The notes beneath the pieces are model-generated. The model was not told the origin of the DNA. It worked only from the letters and a program-made list of their open reading frames with translations, and did not search any database. DNA of 64,000 nt from assembly GCA_963553465.1 (NCBI GenBank), contig CAUVOB010000002.1:41632-105631 (forward strand), written 5' to 3'. Positions 39,327 to 49,308 of the stretch are shown here, piece after piece. This DNA comes from an uncultured Candidatus Saccharibacteria bacterium (lineage in GTDB: Bacteria > Patescibacteriota > Saccharimonadia > Saccharimonadales > Saccharimonadaceae). How positions within the stretch are numbered: position 1 is the first letter of the stretch; each line of letters opens with the position of its first letter. The translations under genes and the position numbers were made by a program.

Positions 39327-40304
39327 ATGCCAGAACTTCCCGAAGTCGAGACGGTTCGCCGCGGGTTGGCGGAGCTGCTGCCGGGCCGAGCGGTGGCGCG
39401 GGCGACGGTGTTTGATTCGCCAAAAAGCTTTCCGAATGCGCCGGCTGATGTTGAACAATTTTTATATGGTGCGCGCGTGACGGCGGTGCGGCGGCGGGCA
39501 AAGGTGCTGATGATTGATCTGGATACGCGCTATTCGCTGGTGGTGCATTTGAAGATGACGGGGCAGTTGGTGTTTCGCCAAAGCTCTCGCCATGGCGCTC
39601 GGGTATCCCCAAAAGAATCTCGGGACCCACGTAACCTTGACCGCAATTTTTCTGCGGATACCGCTCGCGAGATCGACGACTTTGCTGGCGGCCATCCAAA
39701 CGACAGTTTGATTGGTGAGTTGCCGGATCGGTCGACGCGGGTGCAGCTTGATTTTGTGGACGGGTCACGGCTGTTTTTTAACGATCAGCGCAAATTTGGC
39801 TGGGTGAAGTTGCTGCCGACTGATGAGGTGAAAAATTTGCCGTTCATGCAAAAAGTTGGGCCGGAGCCGCTTGATCCTCAGACGCGCGCCGAGGATTTCA
39901 TCCAGCGGATTCGTCGCCGCCAAAATTCGATGATCAAGCCGGTATTTCTTGACCAAGCGGTGATCGCTGGGGTTGGCAATATTTATGCTGACGAGGCATT
40001 GTGGGCGGCACGTCTTCATCCGCAAACGCGGGTAAAAAACGTTAGCGATCAGCAGCTGAATACATTATTTAATGAGTTGCGGCGCATCTTGCAACTGAGC
40101 ATCGATCAGGGCGGTTCGACGGATAAAAATTACGTTGATGCCGAGGGCCGGAAGGGAAATTATCTGACATTTGCTCATGTGTTTCGCCGCGAAGGTCAAG
40201 CCTGCCACCGCCACCCCGACCAGGAGATTATCAAGCTAAAAGTCGGCGGCCGCGGTACGCATATTTGTCCGGTGTGTCAGAAGCCACCAGTATTTGACAA
40301 ATAG
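39327..40304 (+). CDS. mutM: Formamidopyrimidine-DNA glycosylase with an internal insertion
   Basis: MPELPEVE, HLKMTG, GVGNIYADE, CPVCQ. Confidence 0.96.
   Translation: MPELPEVETVRRGLAELLPGRAVARATVFDSPKSFPNAPADVEQFLYGARVTAVRRRAKVLMIDLDTRYSLVVHLKMTGQLVFRQSSRHGARVSPKESRDPRNLDRNFSADTAREIDDFAGGHPNDSLIGELPDRSTRVQLDFVDGSRLFFNDQRKFGWVKLLPTDEVKNLPFMQKVGPEPLDPQTRAEDFIQRIRRRQNSMIKPVFLDQAVIAGVGNIYADEALWAARLHPQTRVKNVSDQQLNTLFNELRRILQLSIDQGGSTDKNYVDAEGRKGNYLTFAHVFRREGQACHRHPDQEIIKLKVGGRGTHICPVCQKPPVFDK
39585..39672. repeat. Imperfect palindrome in frame within mutM
   Basis: TCTCGC/GCGAGA and GGTATCC/GGATACC arms plus inner pairing. Confidence 0.65.
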
Positions 40305-40330
40305 TGGTTTATAGTGTATATTACAGGAAT

Positions 40331-41203
40331 ATGGCAAGGATAGATAAACTACCAGGTGATGGTCAATTCGGTGAAGAGCCGGGTTGTGGTCACTCAGAGA
40401 TATTGGGTGGTCTAGATGACATGGATACTCAACTGGTGGCCCTCGTAGAAAAAGCAGAGCGGGCTTCTGAGGTTAATTCGAAGATTAATGACATGTTGGA
40501 TGAACATGGCGTGAACACAATTTATCGGCCTGGGTTGAGTGATGAAGAGTCGTCTGCGAGAGAGGATGCTGCCCTTGAGGGTTACCGACAAGACGTAGAA
40601 AATGGTGATCTTAGCAAGCTAGATGTTTCAGCTCTTGAGGAGTATGGAGGGGATAAGTTAGCACTGGCTACGGCGATTGATTTTCAGCTACGGGTTTACC
40701 TTGAAAAGCGTATTGCGGGTGAAATATTTGTGATAATGTGTATGTCACCTGAGCTGGATTCTCAATGCGTGATGGATGGCACTGAGAAAACAGACATGAT
40801 CGCAGACCATCTGTTAGTGCTTGATGAGACGTCCCGCTCGCCTTGGTTTGGTTTTCTTAATGAAGCACTTGGTGGTGAGGATGTTTCACCAGAACAGGTG
40901 GAGCGGGCGATGGATGCTAAGGCTACTCATGATAAGACAAGGGACCCACGTGCGGCATCTCGCGAGTTTCTCAACCGCATATTCATGGAAACTGGCGGTG
41001 GGCTTTCTGCGGTGCAAACAGCATTTGTGGCAAATGATATTGCCAGCCTTGCTATGAAGGAGGTGACTAGTCGGGCTGATGATGGGGAATGTGCACATTG
41101 CATAGAGAAATTGCAGCGTATTGGCTTATCTGATGAGCAAATAGCCACGCTGATAACCGCATATAAAAAGATTATGCAAAAGCCGCCTAAAGCGGAAGAA
41201 TAA
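40331..41203 (+). CDS. Acidic hypothetical protein
   Basis: TTGACA...TATATT promoter upstream; long ORF. Confidence 0.7.
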   Translation: MARIDKLPGDGQFGEEPGCGHSEILGGLDDMDTQLVALVEKAERASEVNSKINDMLDEHGVNTIYRPGLSDEESSAREDAALEGYRQDVENGDLSKLDVSALEEYGGDKLALATAIDFQLRVYLEKRIAGEIFVIMCMSPELDSQCVMDGTEKTDMIADHLLVLDETSRSPWFGFLNEALGGEDVSPEQVERAMDAKATHDKTRDPRAASREFLNRIFMETGGGLSAVQTAFVANDIASLAMKEVTSRADDGECAHCIEKLQRIGLSDEQIATLITAYKKIMQKPPKAEE

Positions 41204-41254
41204 ATCAGTATACCAAAAGCTATTGCCTAAGGGGGTATTTGGTATAATTAAGTC

Positions 41255-42166
41255 GTGATCTATCTCCTCCATGGCGACAACGAATTTGAGAAACGGGCAG
41301 CGCTTGCGGCGCTGGTTGGTGATATGGAGGTGGTGCGGCGCGATGGTGAAGAACTGACGGTCGCCGAGATCTGTGAGGTGGTGATGGGGCAGAGTTTGTT
41401 TGCCTCTGAGCAGGCAGTGGTCATTGCTGATGCGAGTCAGAACCTGGCGCTGTGGCGTGATTTGCCGGAGCTACTGGGCGATACGGCGACCACGGTTGTC
41501 CTTCTGGAGGCAAAGTTTGATAAGCGCACAAAAACGTATAAGTGGCTGCAAAGCCATGCCGAGGTAAGGGAATATGCTTGTTTCACTGAACGCCAAAAGC
41601 CGCAACTAAGCGCGTGGTGTGTTGAGCGGGCCACGGTGCATGGGGCCGTGTTGACAGCGGCACAGGTAACGACGTTGATCGATCGGCTGGGGTTTGATCA
41701 ATCACGGCTTGATCTGGTGTTGCAGCAGTTGGCCCTGGCTGGCGAACTGAATGATGAGCTAATTAATGCACTGGTGCCGCTGGCTCCGGCTGAAAGTGCG
41801 TTTGAGCTGTTTGCGGCGATGCTGGATGGCGACCAGGGGAAAGTGCGCGCGATCATTGCCTATCTCGAGGCAGAGAGCGGTGATGATGGGGCATACCAGA
41901 CGCTGGGGCTACTGGTTTCACAATTAGTGCAACTGAACGCACTGGTGCTGTCTGGCGGTGACACGGGGGCGGTGGCTCGTGATTTTGCGGCCCATCCGTA
42001 TGTGCTGCGAAAGGTAGCGCCGTATGCAGCGCGGATGACGCAAGCGCAACTTGCGGTAATTAATTCTGCCTTGGCGCAGGCTGATGAACATATGAAGACA
42101 ACCCGTGTATCGCCGTGGCTGTTGGTTGAGGCGGCGCTGATTGGTGTGATTAGAAGAGATCACTAA
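41255..42166 (+). CDS. holA: DNA polymerase III delta subunit
   Basis: IYLLHGD, QSLF, DKRTKTYK, HPYV.RK; near rpsT. Confidence 0.85.
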   Translation: MIYLLHGDNEFEKRAALAALVGDMEVVRRDGEELTVAEICEVVMGQSLFASEQAVVIADASQNLALWRDLPELLGDTATTVVLLEAKFDKRTKTYKWLQSHAEVREYACFTERQKPQLSAWCVERATVHGAVLTAAQVTTLIDRLGFDQSRLDLVLQQLALAGELNDELINALVPLAPAESAFELFAAMLDGDQGKVRAIIAYLEAESGDDGAYQTLGLLVSQLVQLNALVLSGGDTGAVARDFAAHPYVLRKVAPYAARMTQAQLAVINSALAQADEHMKTTRVSPWLLVEAALIGVIRRDH

Positions 42167-42262
42167 GTCAGCAGAAGCTGTTTACATACTTGACAAAATA
42201 AGTATTCTATAGTACAATGCAAACCACTATTAGTTTACTAGAAAGGTAAAAAGGAATTAGCC

Positions 42263-43120
42263 ATGGTATTCAAAGATACGGAGCTTGATACGCAGGGGTC
42301 TGATAAACAACAGTCTTTAGACGAACGGCAAAGGCAGTGGATGGAGCTGGGGCTCGAGGAAAAAATGGCTAGAAAAGAAACAGAGATTAGCCGAGAAGCT
42401 ATTGACAATGAGCCTGCGTTAGTGATCGCCGAGATGGCAAAGTATGTTGGCGAAGAGTGTCCTCGTCTCGTTCAGGTATTTGAGGAGACTAAACGTATGT
42501 GACCATCTGACAAACACCTGAGCTCATTAGCGGCAAATATAGATATAAGGTTAAATGAAACAAGACCCGAAGAATTGCATGAGATTGCCGGGGAGATCAA
42601 GGATAACTATGATACATGGGCAGAGGGAAGGGCTGCACCGCCAATTGGCTCAAGAGGTCCACGTGGTGACGGTTATAAAACTCAGTATTTGTATGAAAGT
42701 ATGATGGGGAACGGGCTTCCTAAGGAATTTTTTGACAAAATGGCCGTGGCATCCGTTCATTTTAATTATGTTTATCACCCAGACTCTCCGCAGAGTCAGA
42801 TATATCAACAAATGCGACTTAACTCAGGGCGAGTGTCTGACATTGATGAGCTACAGGAGCAAACACTGAGAATTGCTGATGAAAGTCTTTATGATGCGGT
42901 AAAGCTGGTTATAGGGAAAAAAGAGCATGTGATTCGTGGAGTTTTTTGTGAGACGGACAATTATTACCCACAGCTCGTAACTCGGATGATAACAACGCTC
43001 GAGGTAGATAAGGGCTTGCCACAAGGGACTCTGTTGGAACGGGTTAAGATGGACGACTTGTTCCATAGAATAAAGGAGGATATTGGCCCGCGAGCAAGCA
43101 CTAGACTTTCTCAGTACTAG
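42263..43120 (+). pseudogene. Hypothetical gene interrupted by one in-frame TGA (42500-42502)
   Basis: ORFs 42263-42502 and 42575-43120 share a frame, with 24 sense codons between them. Confidence 0.7.
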
Positions 43121-43134
43121 GGCTCACAAATTGT

Positions 43135-43168
43135 AAAATACTCCCGCCAACCGACGGGAGTATTGTTT
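43135..43168. terminator. Bidirectional terminator
   Basis: AATACTCCCG...CGGGAGTATT. Confidence 0.8.
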
Positions 43169-43183
43169 ATGCAAACCGAATGG

Positions 43184-43552
43184 CTATCTAGCTTCTTTGG
43201 CTGCTGGCTTTTTTGCAGCTGGTTTTTTGGTAGCGGTTGACTTGGTGGTAGTCTTTGCCGTCGTCTTTGCTGGGGCTTTGGCAGCTGGTTTTTTGGTCGC
43301 TTCAAGCTTAACACCGGCTTTTTTCGCGATAGCTGAGAGGGCACTCTTGCGCCGGGCAGCAGTATTTTTCTTCAGCAGGTTCTTCTTGACAGCGGTATCA
43401 AGTTCACTATGGGCAGCGGCTAGCGCCTCAGCACTCGGCTCAGCCATGAAAGCCTTGACGGCTGACTTGATGTCGCGCTTGATACCGATATTGCGCTCGC
43501 GGCGCTTTAGGGTTTGTTTGGCCCGTTTGATGGCGGATTTGATGATTGGCAT
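43184..43552 (-). CDS. rpsT: 30S ribosomal protein S20 with Lys/Ala/Thr-rich tail
   Basis: MPIIKSAIKR, LDTAVKK, KNTAARRKS. Confidence 0.95.
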   Translation of the reverse strand: MPIIKSAIKRAKQTLKRRERNIGIKRDIKSAVKAFMAEPSAEALAAAHSELDTAVKKNLLKKNTAARRKSALSAIAKKAGVKLEATKKPAAKAPAKTTAKTTTKSTATKKPAAKKPAAKEAR

Positions 43553-43722
43553 AGATTTCCTTTACCTCTATAAATTTGTTTCGCTAATCAAGGATGGATT
43601 ATACAGAAAAACCCAATAAAAGTAAAGAGTGGCTCGCATTGACGATAATCTATTGACTTTCCTGAAATGCTTATGTATAATGTGACTCAAAGGTATAAAC
43701 AAAAATAAACAGGGACACAACA

Positions 43723-45492
43723 ATGGCGAGCCAGTCACAAAAGCAGCAGATCATTCAGAGCATCAAAGATGTGACTAATATCTTGGTGACGGTAAGCGCT
43801 GATCCATCGGTGGACGAGCTATCGGCAGCGTTGGGGCTGACAATTTTCCTAAATAAACTGGGCAAGCACGCCACGGCTGTTTTTAGTGGCAAAGTCCCGC
43901 CGGCGATTTCGTTCCTCGAGCCTGACGAGACGTTTGAAGCCACGGCGGACAGCCTGCGTGATTTTATCATCGCGCTTGATAAGGAAAAAGCCGACCATCT
44001 GCGCTACAAGGTGGTTGATGATGCAGTGAAGATTTTTATCACGCCGTACCGGGCGACAATTACCGAGGCTGATCTAGAGTTTTCGCAGGGCGATTATAAC
44101 ATTGAACTGGTGCTTGCGCTTAATGTTGAGAGCCAGGATCATCTCGACAAGGCGCTGACGGCTCATGGCAAGATTTTGCATGATGCGGTGGTGTCGACGG
44201 TGACCGCCGGTATGGTGAGGAGTAGCCTCGGGACGGTTGACTGGCATGACGATAAGGCGTCAGGTGTCAGCGAGATGCTGGTTGACCTGATCGATGAGTT
44301 ACGAACACCGAAAGTAACCATGGATGAGCAGATCGCGACGGCGTTGCTGACCGGTGTTGTGGCGGCGACGGAGCGGTTTAGTAACAATTTAACGTCGTCG
44401 CGGGTGATGACGTTGGCGGCGGAGCTGATGGCGGTTGGTGCAAACCAGCAATTGATTGCTACCAAGTTGGCTGAGGGACAGGCGATCAAAGCCGAGGAAC
44501 ACTCAGAGTCAGAGCAGTCAAGGCAAGCGGCTGATGCAGCTGATGATGAGACGCACGATAATGACGGCCAGGATGGTGCTAATTTTAAGGTCGAGCGGGG
44601 AAAACGCTCAAAGCCAGCTGAGTCAAAAAGAGATGATGGCGCGTTGTCAATCAGCCACGAGCGGCGGGGTAGCCTTGATGATGTGGCCAAGCAGACTCGG
44701 GCCGAAGAGCAGGATGCAGCGGCCCGCGCGGCCACGGCGCAGCTTGATCGCCTTCGAGCAGCGTCAGTGACGAGCGGACGGAGCAGTACGCCATCGACAT
44801 CGCAACCAATCAGTGCGTCGGTGTCGGCTGAGCCAGAAACGGCCACGCCACTACTGGGTGGAACGCTGAACGCAACGACGGAGCGGGCGGCTGAGGATAA
44901 GCGCCGCGATCTTGACACTGATCAAAACAAGACTATCTTGCATCACGGTACCTATGTCGGTGCGTCGCGGCCGGCCCTCGGCGAATCGCCGTTGAATGCC
45001 GCCATGGGGAAGTCTGATGAACCGCCGAGCGTTGACCCGTTTGCGACCACCAACAAAGACGAAGCGGTCATTGCCGCGCTAAAAGAGGAGACACAGGCGC
45101 TGGCTGACAAGCAGACTCAATCTACCTCGCCGCCATCGCTGCCAGATTCTGAGCGCGACGCCCGAGCGGCAATTACCGAGGCGCTGGCTGCTGCACCGCC
45201 GCTTGAACCCGCGGCTTCGCCTGCTCCGGTAGTCTCATCTTCGCCGCTACCGACAGTGTCGTCTGCTCCGGCTACGCTCGCTGATATTGAGTCTAATGTG
45301 ATGCATGGCCTGCCGCCGCTGCCTGATTTCTCTGACTTTTCAGGATCAGGCTTGCCACCGCTGCCACCAGCTCCGGTCGGTGCTGCCGATGGTGGACTGC
45401 CAGCGTTGAACACATCGCCTTCAGCGCCATCTACCCCTGCGCAGCCGCGCACCTTTAATCCGTCCCAGTTCCAGATCCCGGGGCAAAAATAG
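43723..45492 (+). CDS. Degenerate DHH/NrnA-like protein with long disordered C-terminus
   Basis: DPSVDELSAALGL, IATALLTGVVAAT.RF; no DHH triad visible. Confidence 0.7.
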   Translation: MASQSQKQQIIQSIKDVTNILVTVSADPSVDELSAALGLTIFLNKLGKHATAVFSGKVPPAISFLEPDETFEATADSLRDFIIALDKEKADHLRYKVVDDAVKIFITPYRATITEADLEFSQGDYNIELVLALNVESQDHLDKALTAHGKILHDAVVSTVTAGMVRSSLGTVDWHDDKASGVSEMLVDLIDELRTPKVTMDEQIATALLTGVVAATERFSNNLTSSRVMTLAAELMAVGANQQLIATKLAEGQAIKAEEHSESEQSRQAADAADDETHDNDGQDGANFKVERGKRSKPAESKRDDGALSISHERRGSLDDVAKQTRAEEQDAAARAATAQLDRLRAASVTSGRSSTPSTSQPISASVSAEPETATPLLGGTLNATTERAAEDKRRDLDTDQNKTILHHGTYVGASRPALGESPLNAAMGKSDEPPSVDPFATTNKDEAVIAALKEETQALADKQTQSTSPPSLPDSERDARAAITEALAAAPPLEPAASPAPVVSSSPLPTVSSAPATLADIESNVMHGLPPLPDFSDFSGSGLPPLPPAPVGAADGGLPALNTSPSAPSTPAQPRTFNPSQFQIPGQK

Positions 45493-45495
45493 CCC

Positions 45496-46152
45496 ATGGA
45501 CGAGGTGTTGCTCATTGATAAGCCGGCTGGTATGACGAGTTTCGGGGTGGTGGCACGGTTGCGGCGAGTGCTCAGCCAGGCGGCGGGCAAGAAAGTGAAA
45601 GTTGGCCATACTGGTACGCTTGATCCGTTCGCTACGGGACTGATGATTATCGTGACGGGCAAGAAGTGCCGCGAGGCTGATACCTTTACGAAGCTTGATA
45701 AGTGGTATGAAGCAGAAATCATGCTTGGCGAGATATCGACGACCGGTGATCCTGAGGGTGAACTGACTCACGTGTCGGCGCGGCAGCCGCCTCGCAGTGA
45801 GGTTGAAGTGGTACTCGGTACATTTGTGGGTGAAATCAAACAACGACCGCCAGTGTTTAGTGCTATCAAGATCAATGGCCGTCGGGCCTATCAGCTGGCG
45901 CGTCAGGGTCAGCCGGTCGATATGCCGGAGCGCACCGTGTCGATCTACGCCCTGGAGATTGTTGCCTATGAGTATCCTCGTCTGGTGATTCGAGCGCATG
46001 TTTCGAGTGGTACGTACATTCGGAGCCTAGCGGTTGATATTGGTCAGCAGCTGGGAACAGGGGCTTACTGTCATCAGCTACGCCGCCAGGCCATCGCTGA
46101 ATATGATGTCACTCAGGCAAAACTATTAGCGGATTTTGGGATTTCGTCTTGA
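45496..46152 (+). CDS. truB: tRNA pseudouridine(55) synthase
   Basis: KVGHTGTLDPFATG, SSGTYIRSLA. Confidence 0.96.
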   Translation: MDEVLLIDKPAGMTSFGVVARLRRVLSQAAGKKVKVGHTGTLDPFATGLMIIVTGKKCREADTFTKLDKWYEAEIMLGEISTTGDPEGELTHVSARQPPRSEVEVVLGTFVGEIKQRPPVFSAIKINGRRAYQLARQGQPVDMPERTVSIYALEIVAYEYPRLVIRAHVSSGTYIRSLAVDIGQQLGTGAYCHQLRRQAIAEYDVTQAKLLADFGISS

Positions 46153-46169
46153 AGTGCTATTATCAGAGC

Positions 46170-46664
46170 ATGGGTAGGCAGACAGGTTTTACAATCGTTG
46201 AACTATTAATTGTGATGGTCGTGATCGCAATTTTGGCGACCATCGGTATTGTGGCGTATTCAGGCGTGCGCCAGGATGCTACTGATACTAAGATTCGCTC
46301 CATCGTCAAGATCGCTGGCGATGCGTTGCAGATATATGACACACAGAAACGAACGCTGCCGTCAGGACAGGGGACGTTCAATAGTGCGAATAGCGTTGAC
46401 TCGCTTGTACCACAGTATATCCAGCCGGGGTATCGTGAGGGTGTCAGCAGCAAGAACGCGTCTAGTCCAGACGATATTTTTGTCTGGTATCCATGCAAAG
46501 ATACCTCTGGTAAGATAACAGGTATTGCGGTATTTGCGGCCCTTAATTCTGCCAAGCCGCAGGAGTCGGCTCAGGTTAATGCGGTCAAGGCGACCTGCAA
46601 CATTCCGGGCGCAGCCGTGCCGACTACGGGTAAACCAGCGTATAATTACGTGCAGACATTTTAG
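46170..46664 (+). CDS. Type IV pilin-like protein
   Basis: G/FTIVELLIVMVVIAILA prepilin motif. Confidence 0.9.
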   Translation: MGRQTGFTIVELLIVMVVIAILATIGIVAYSGVRQDATDTKIRSIVKIAGDALQIYDTQKRTLPSGQGTFNSANSVDSLVPQYIQPGYREGVSSKNASSPDDIFVWYPCKDTSGKITGIAVFAALNSAKPQESAQVNAVKATCNIPGAAVPTTGKPAYNYVQTF

Positions 46665-46716
46665 CAAATGCGGTTGATTTGCGTTTTTAGCGTAGCATTG
46701 GTATAATGACGAGGCT

Positions 46717-46983
46717 ATGATTAGCAAAGACGATAAAGCGAAAGCAATTGCTTTGACTCAGGTCAACAAGGACGACGTTGGCAGCCCGCAGGCGCAGGTG
46801 TCGATCTTGACGGCTCGTATCAAAGAGGTCACAAAGCACCTGAAGGCGAATAAGCATGACTTCATGGCGCGCCGTGGCTTAATTCAGATGGTTGGCAAGC
46901 GCAAACGCCTGCTCAGATATCTGGAGCGAACTGATTTTGAGAGTTATAAAGCGGTTGTGGCTGCCCTGGGTCTGCGTAAATAG
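46717..46983 (+). CDS. rpsO: 30S ribosomal protein S15
   Basis: DVGSPQAQV, RRGL..MVGKRKRLL. Confidence 0.97.
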   Translation: MISKDDKAKAIALTQVNKDDVGSPQAQVSILTARIKEVTKHLKANKHDFMARRGLIQMVGKRKRLLRYLERTDFESYKAVVAALGLRK

Positions 46984-47004
46984 TCGCGCCGGGTAGTTGT
47001 ACGG

Positions 47005-47039
47005 ATATCCACCTTGATATATCACGAGGTGGGTATTTT
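47005..47039. terminator. Terminator after rpsO
   Basis: ATATCCACCTTG...CGAGGTGGGTAT followed by T run. Confidence 0.7.
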
Positions 47040-47042
47040 GAT

Positions 47043-47636
47043 TTAGCGCGGTGTAGCTACGAAAACCGTTCGGCCGTCAGCCGCGCCGCCGAGGGTACAT
47101 GAATAGAGGGTAAGCTGTGGTTTGTTGGTTCGGTTTTCAATGTGAACGGCATTCGGCTTGACATCAAATAGCCGGGATATGACGTAGGTGTAGCGCTTGC
47201 CGTGGTAGTCAATGATTATTTCATCGCCAATGCGCAGCTTATCAATATTGTAGAATGGTGATTTTTGGATGGTTTGCTGCGGCGTCAGGCCCATGATAAA
47301 TCGATGGGCCGACAAGACGAAGTTGCCGCCGTCGACTGGATTGCCATTGTTTGGTTGGCGCCACCAGGCACCCCGCTCCATAGTCTCGGCGCCGCCAGTG
47401 GCGTACGGCACGTTAATGTCAATTTTGGGAATATAGAGGCGGTCCTCGGTGATGTTGGCTTCTGGTGTAGCGGCGAGAAGCTGGGTGGTTTGGTTGCGCG
47501 TTGGGTCAATGAGCTGGGCGCGAAAGAATGGGCTAAATGCCGTGATGAGCGTGTAGCCGCCACCAGCGAGCATGATAATAGCCAGACTCATACTGAGCCA
47601 TCGGCGGCGGTTTTTGGCGTGGGTTATCTGCTTCAC
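47043..47636 (-). CDS. Sortase
   Basis: N-terminal TM, LYIPKI, SAHR, LTLYSCT...R. Confidence 0.88.
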   Translation of the reverse strand: MKQITHAKNRRRWLSMSLAIIMLAGGGYTLITAFSPFFRAQLIDPTRNQTTQLLAATPEANITEDRLYIPKIDINVPYATGGAETMERGAWWRQPNNGNPVDGGNFVLSAHRFIMGLTPQQTIQKSPFYNIDKLRIGDEIIIDYHGKRYTYVISRLFDVKPNAVHIENRTNKPQLTLYSCTLGGAADGRTVFVATPR

Positions 47637-47759
47637 TTGTTAAGTGTAGCATGGGCGGGGTCAGCCTAGCAGCATGGGCCGTTGTTTTATCGGGGTGAGC
47701 CGATCTGTTCGATGGGGTGCTGATTGACTTTTTATAGTTTTTATGCTAAATTACAGAGT

Positions 47760-48377
47760 ATGAATGAATACGCGCCGCGGGCTGATAAATTACCGCCAGA
47801 TGTGGCTGACCAAGTGACAAAGATTGGTGAAGTTCTGGCTGCTGTTAAGAAGCAGCTTGGTCCGAATGGGGGACGGTTAAGTGATGGCCCGCTGCATCTT
47901 GAGAAGTTGGAAGAGCTGAGTGCTGATGATCATAATTCAAGATTTACAGATGCGGATGACTTTTGGAAAAACGGTATGGATCCGTCGCGAGCAAATTCGT
48001 CGCAAGACGGCTCTGATACATCTGAAAAACTGCCGAGTAAATTTGTCAATAATTTTTGGCAGTACTTCTTTCCGGATAAAATGTTTGAGGATGACTTATT
48101 GGGGCCAACGGTCCTAAATAAACCGCCGCGAAAACTGCTTAAAGAAACAGGAGGAGAACTCCTCACATCGGTTCAGCAGTTGTTTGGGATGTTATTTGAG
48201 GATACCAATATTGATAGCCACAAACTTGCTACCCTGGAGTCAGCAGCTGGTGAAGAGCACCTTACCGATCTTAAGGAGGCAATGTTTATGCTCTATGTGC
48301 TGGCACTACATACGGTTACTCAACAAGATGCTGCTGGGGCCGGGTGTCCGAGCGCACATGCTTATTTATGTCTGTAG
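47760..48377 (+). CDS. Hypothetical protein
   Basis: TTGACT...TAAATT promoter; long ORF. Confidence 0.65.
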   Translation: MNEYAPRADKLPPDVADQVTKIGEVLAAVKKQLGPNGGRLSDGPLHLEKLEELSADDHNSRFTDADDFWKNGMDPSRANSSQDGSDTSEKLPSKFVNNFWQYFFPDKMFEDDLLGPTVLNKPPRKLLKETGGELLTSVQQLFGMLFEDTNIDSHKLATLESAAGEEHLTDLKEAMFMLYVLALHTVTQQDAAGAGCPSAHAYLCL

Positions 48378-48386
48378 GAGCTTCAT

Positions 48387-49181
48387 ATGACGAGTCATGA
48401 ACAATCGGAAAAAAAGAGTTTGATAAGTCGGCGTGGTCTGTTATGTGGTGCGATTGGAGCAGTGGCGGCCACAGCTGGTGGGTTACTTATGAACCGTGGC
48501 GATGAAAGTCAACGGATACTATCGGTAGAGACGAATGCCTCGAAGCTTGACCTTGAAGGGGCGTATGAGATATATGGTCAGGCCCGTGACATGTTTCGGC
48601 GATGTATTGAGGGTGCGTCTGTGTTTACGAGCGAAATGCCGCCGATATTACCACCACCCGCATCGGTATCTGTCTCTCGAGGCGGAGGTAAGCGCGGTTT
48701 TATGACGGGGAGTACGCTACTGCGTAAGGCCGGTCATTCTGAGCGAGCAGTGATAGGCACGGGAGTCTCTTCGGATTTGGGTGATGATAGTAGGGTGCGC
48801 GTGGCCGTCGCGTTTGAATTGTTGGCAGGTAAGCCCGAAGCTAAGATTGCTGAGCTGATGGCGGTTTGGGGAGTATCGAGGCGAGGGTTACCGACAGAAC
48901 GTGCCTTTCGGGATATACTGTATGAAATTGATCCGGAAGAGCTGATGCTATCCTTTGTGCCAGTATCTCAGAGGCAACCGACAGTGCCAACTAGTGAGCA
49001 GCCGTATGAGTGGACTGCTATGCTGCCGGGAATGGAGAGTTTTAATGTGATACAACAAGTCATTGGTGCGGCTGGCGGTAGCTCACCGGAGGTGTTGTCA
49101 CCAACGCCAAAGGTTTTGGACCGAGTAAGTGAGCAGCTCACTGCGGTTCGGGATGCGTTCGGTCGAGCTGGCTTCCTCTAA
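48387..49181 (+). CDS. Hypothetical protein with twin-arginine-like N-terminus
   Basis: SRRGLL followed by a hydrophobic stretch; AGGAG SD. Confidence 0.65.
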   Translation: MTSHEQSEKKSLISRRGLLCGAIGAVAATAGGLLMNRGDESQRILSVETNASKLDLEGAYEIYGQARDMFRRCIEGASVFTSEMPPILPPPASVSVSRGGGKRGFMTGSTLLRKAGHSERAVIGTGVSSDLGDDSRVRVAVAFELLAGKPEAKIAELMAVWGVSRRGLPTERAFRDILYEIDPEELMLSFVPVSQRQPTVPTSEQPYEWTAMLPGMESFNVIQQVIGAAGGSSPEVLSPTPKVLDRVSEQLTAVRDAFGRAGFL

Positions 49182-49223
49182 AGCGTGTGGCGCTGTGATA
49201 TAATAGAAAGTACGAATATAACC

Positions 49224-49293
49224 CGCAGACGGTGATGGATGTGTGGTGTGTTGATAGTAAACCAGCATGCATACACCTGTTACTGTCTTTGCG
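49224..49293 (+). promoter_or_regulatory. Long 5'UTR stem-loop of pnp
   Basis: AGACGGTGATGG pairs with CTGTTACTGTCT (with G-U); inner GTGTGTTG/CAGCATGC; promoter TGATATAAT at 49196. Confidence 0.65.
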
Positions 49294-49308
49294 AGAAAGA
49301 GAGGATCT

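Noticed and set aside
42500..42502. TGA recoding (code 25, as in Gracilibacteria/Absconditabacteria)
   Set aside because: TGA terminates conserved genes such as groES and murF, and no core gene contains an internal TGA.
44163..45999. Long antisense ORFs over the DHH-like gene and truB (and similar ones over groEL, polA, pnp)
   Set aside because: Codon-bias shadows of real genes with no recognisable motifs.
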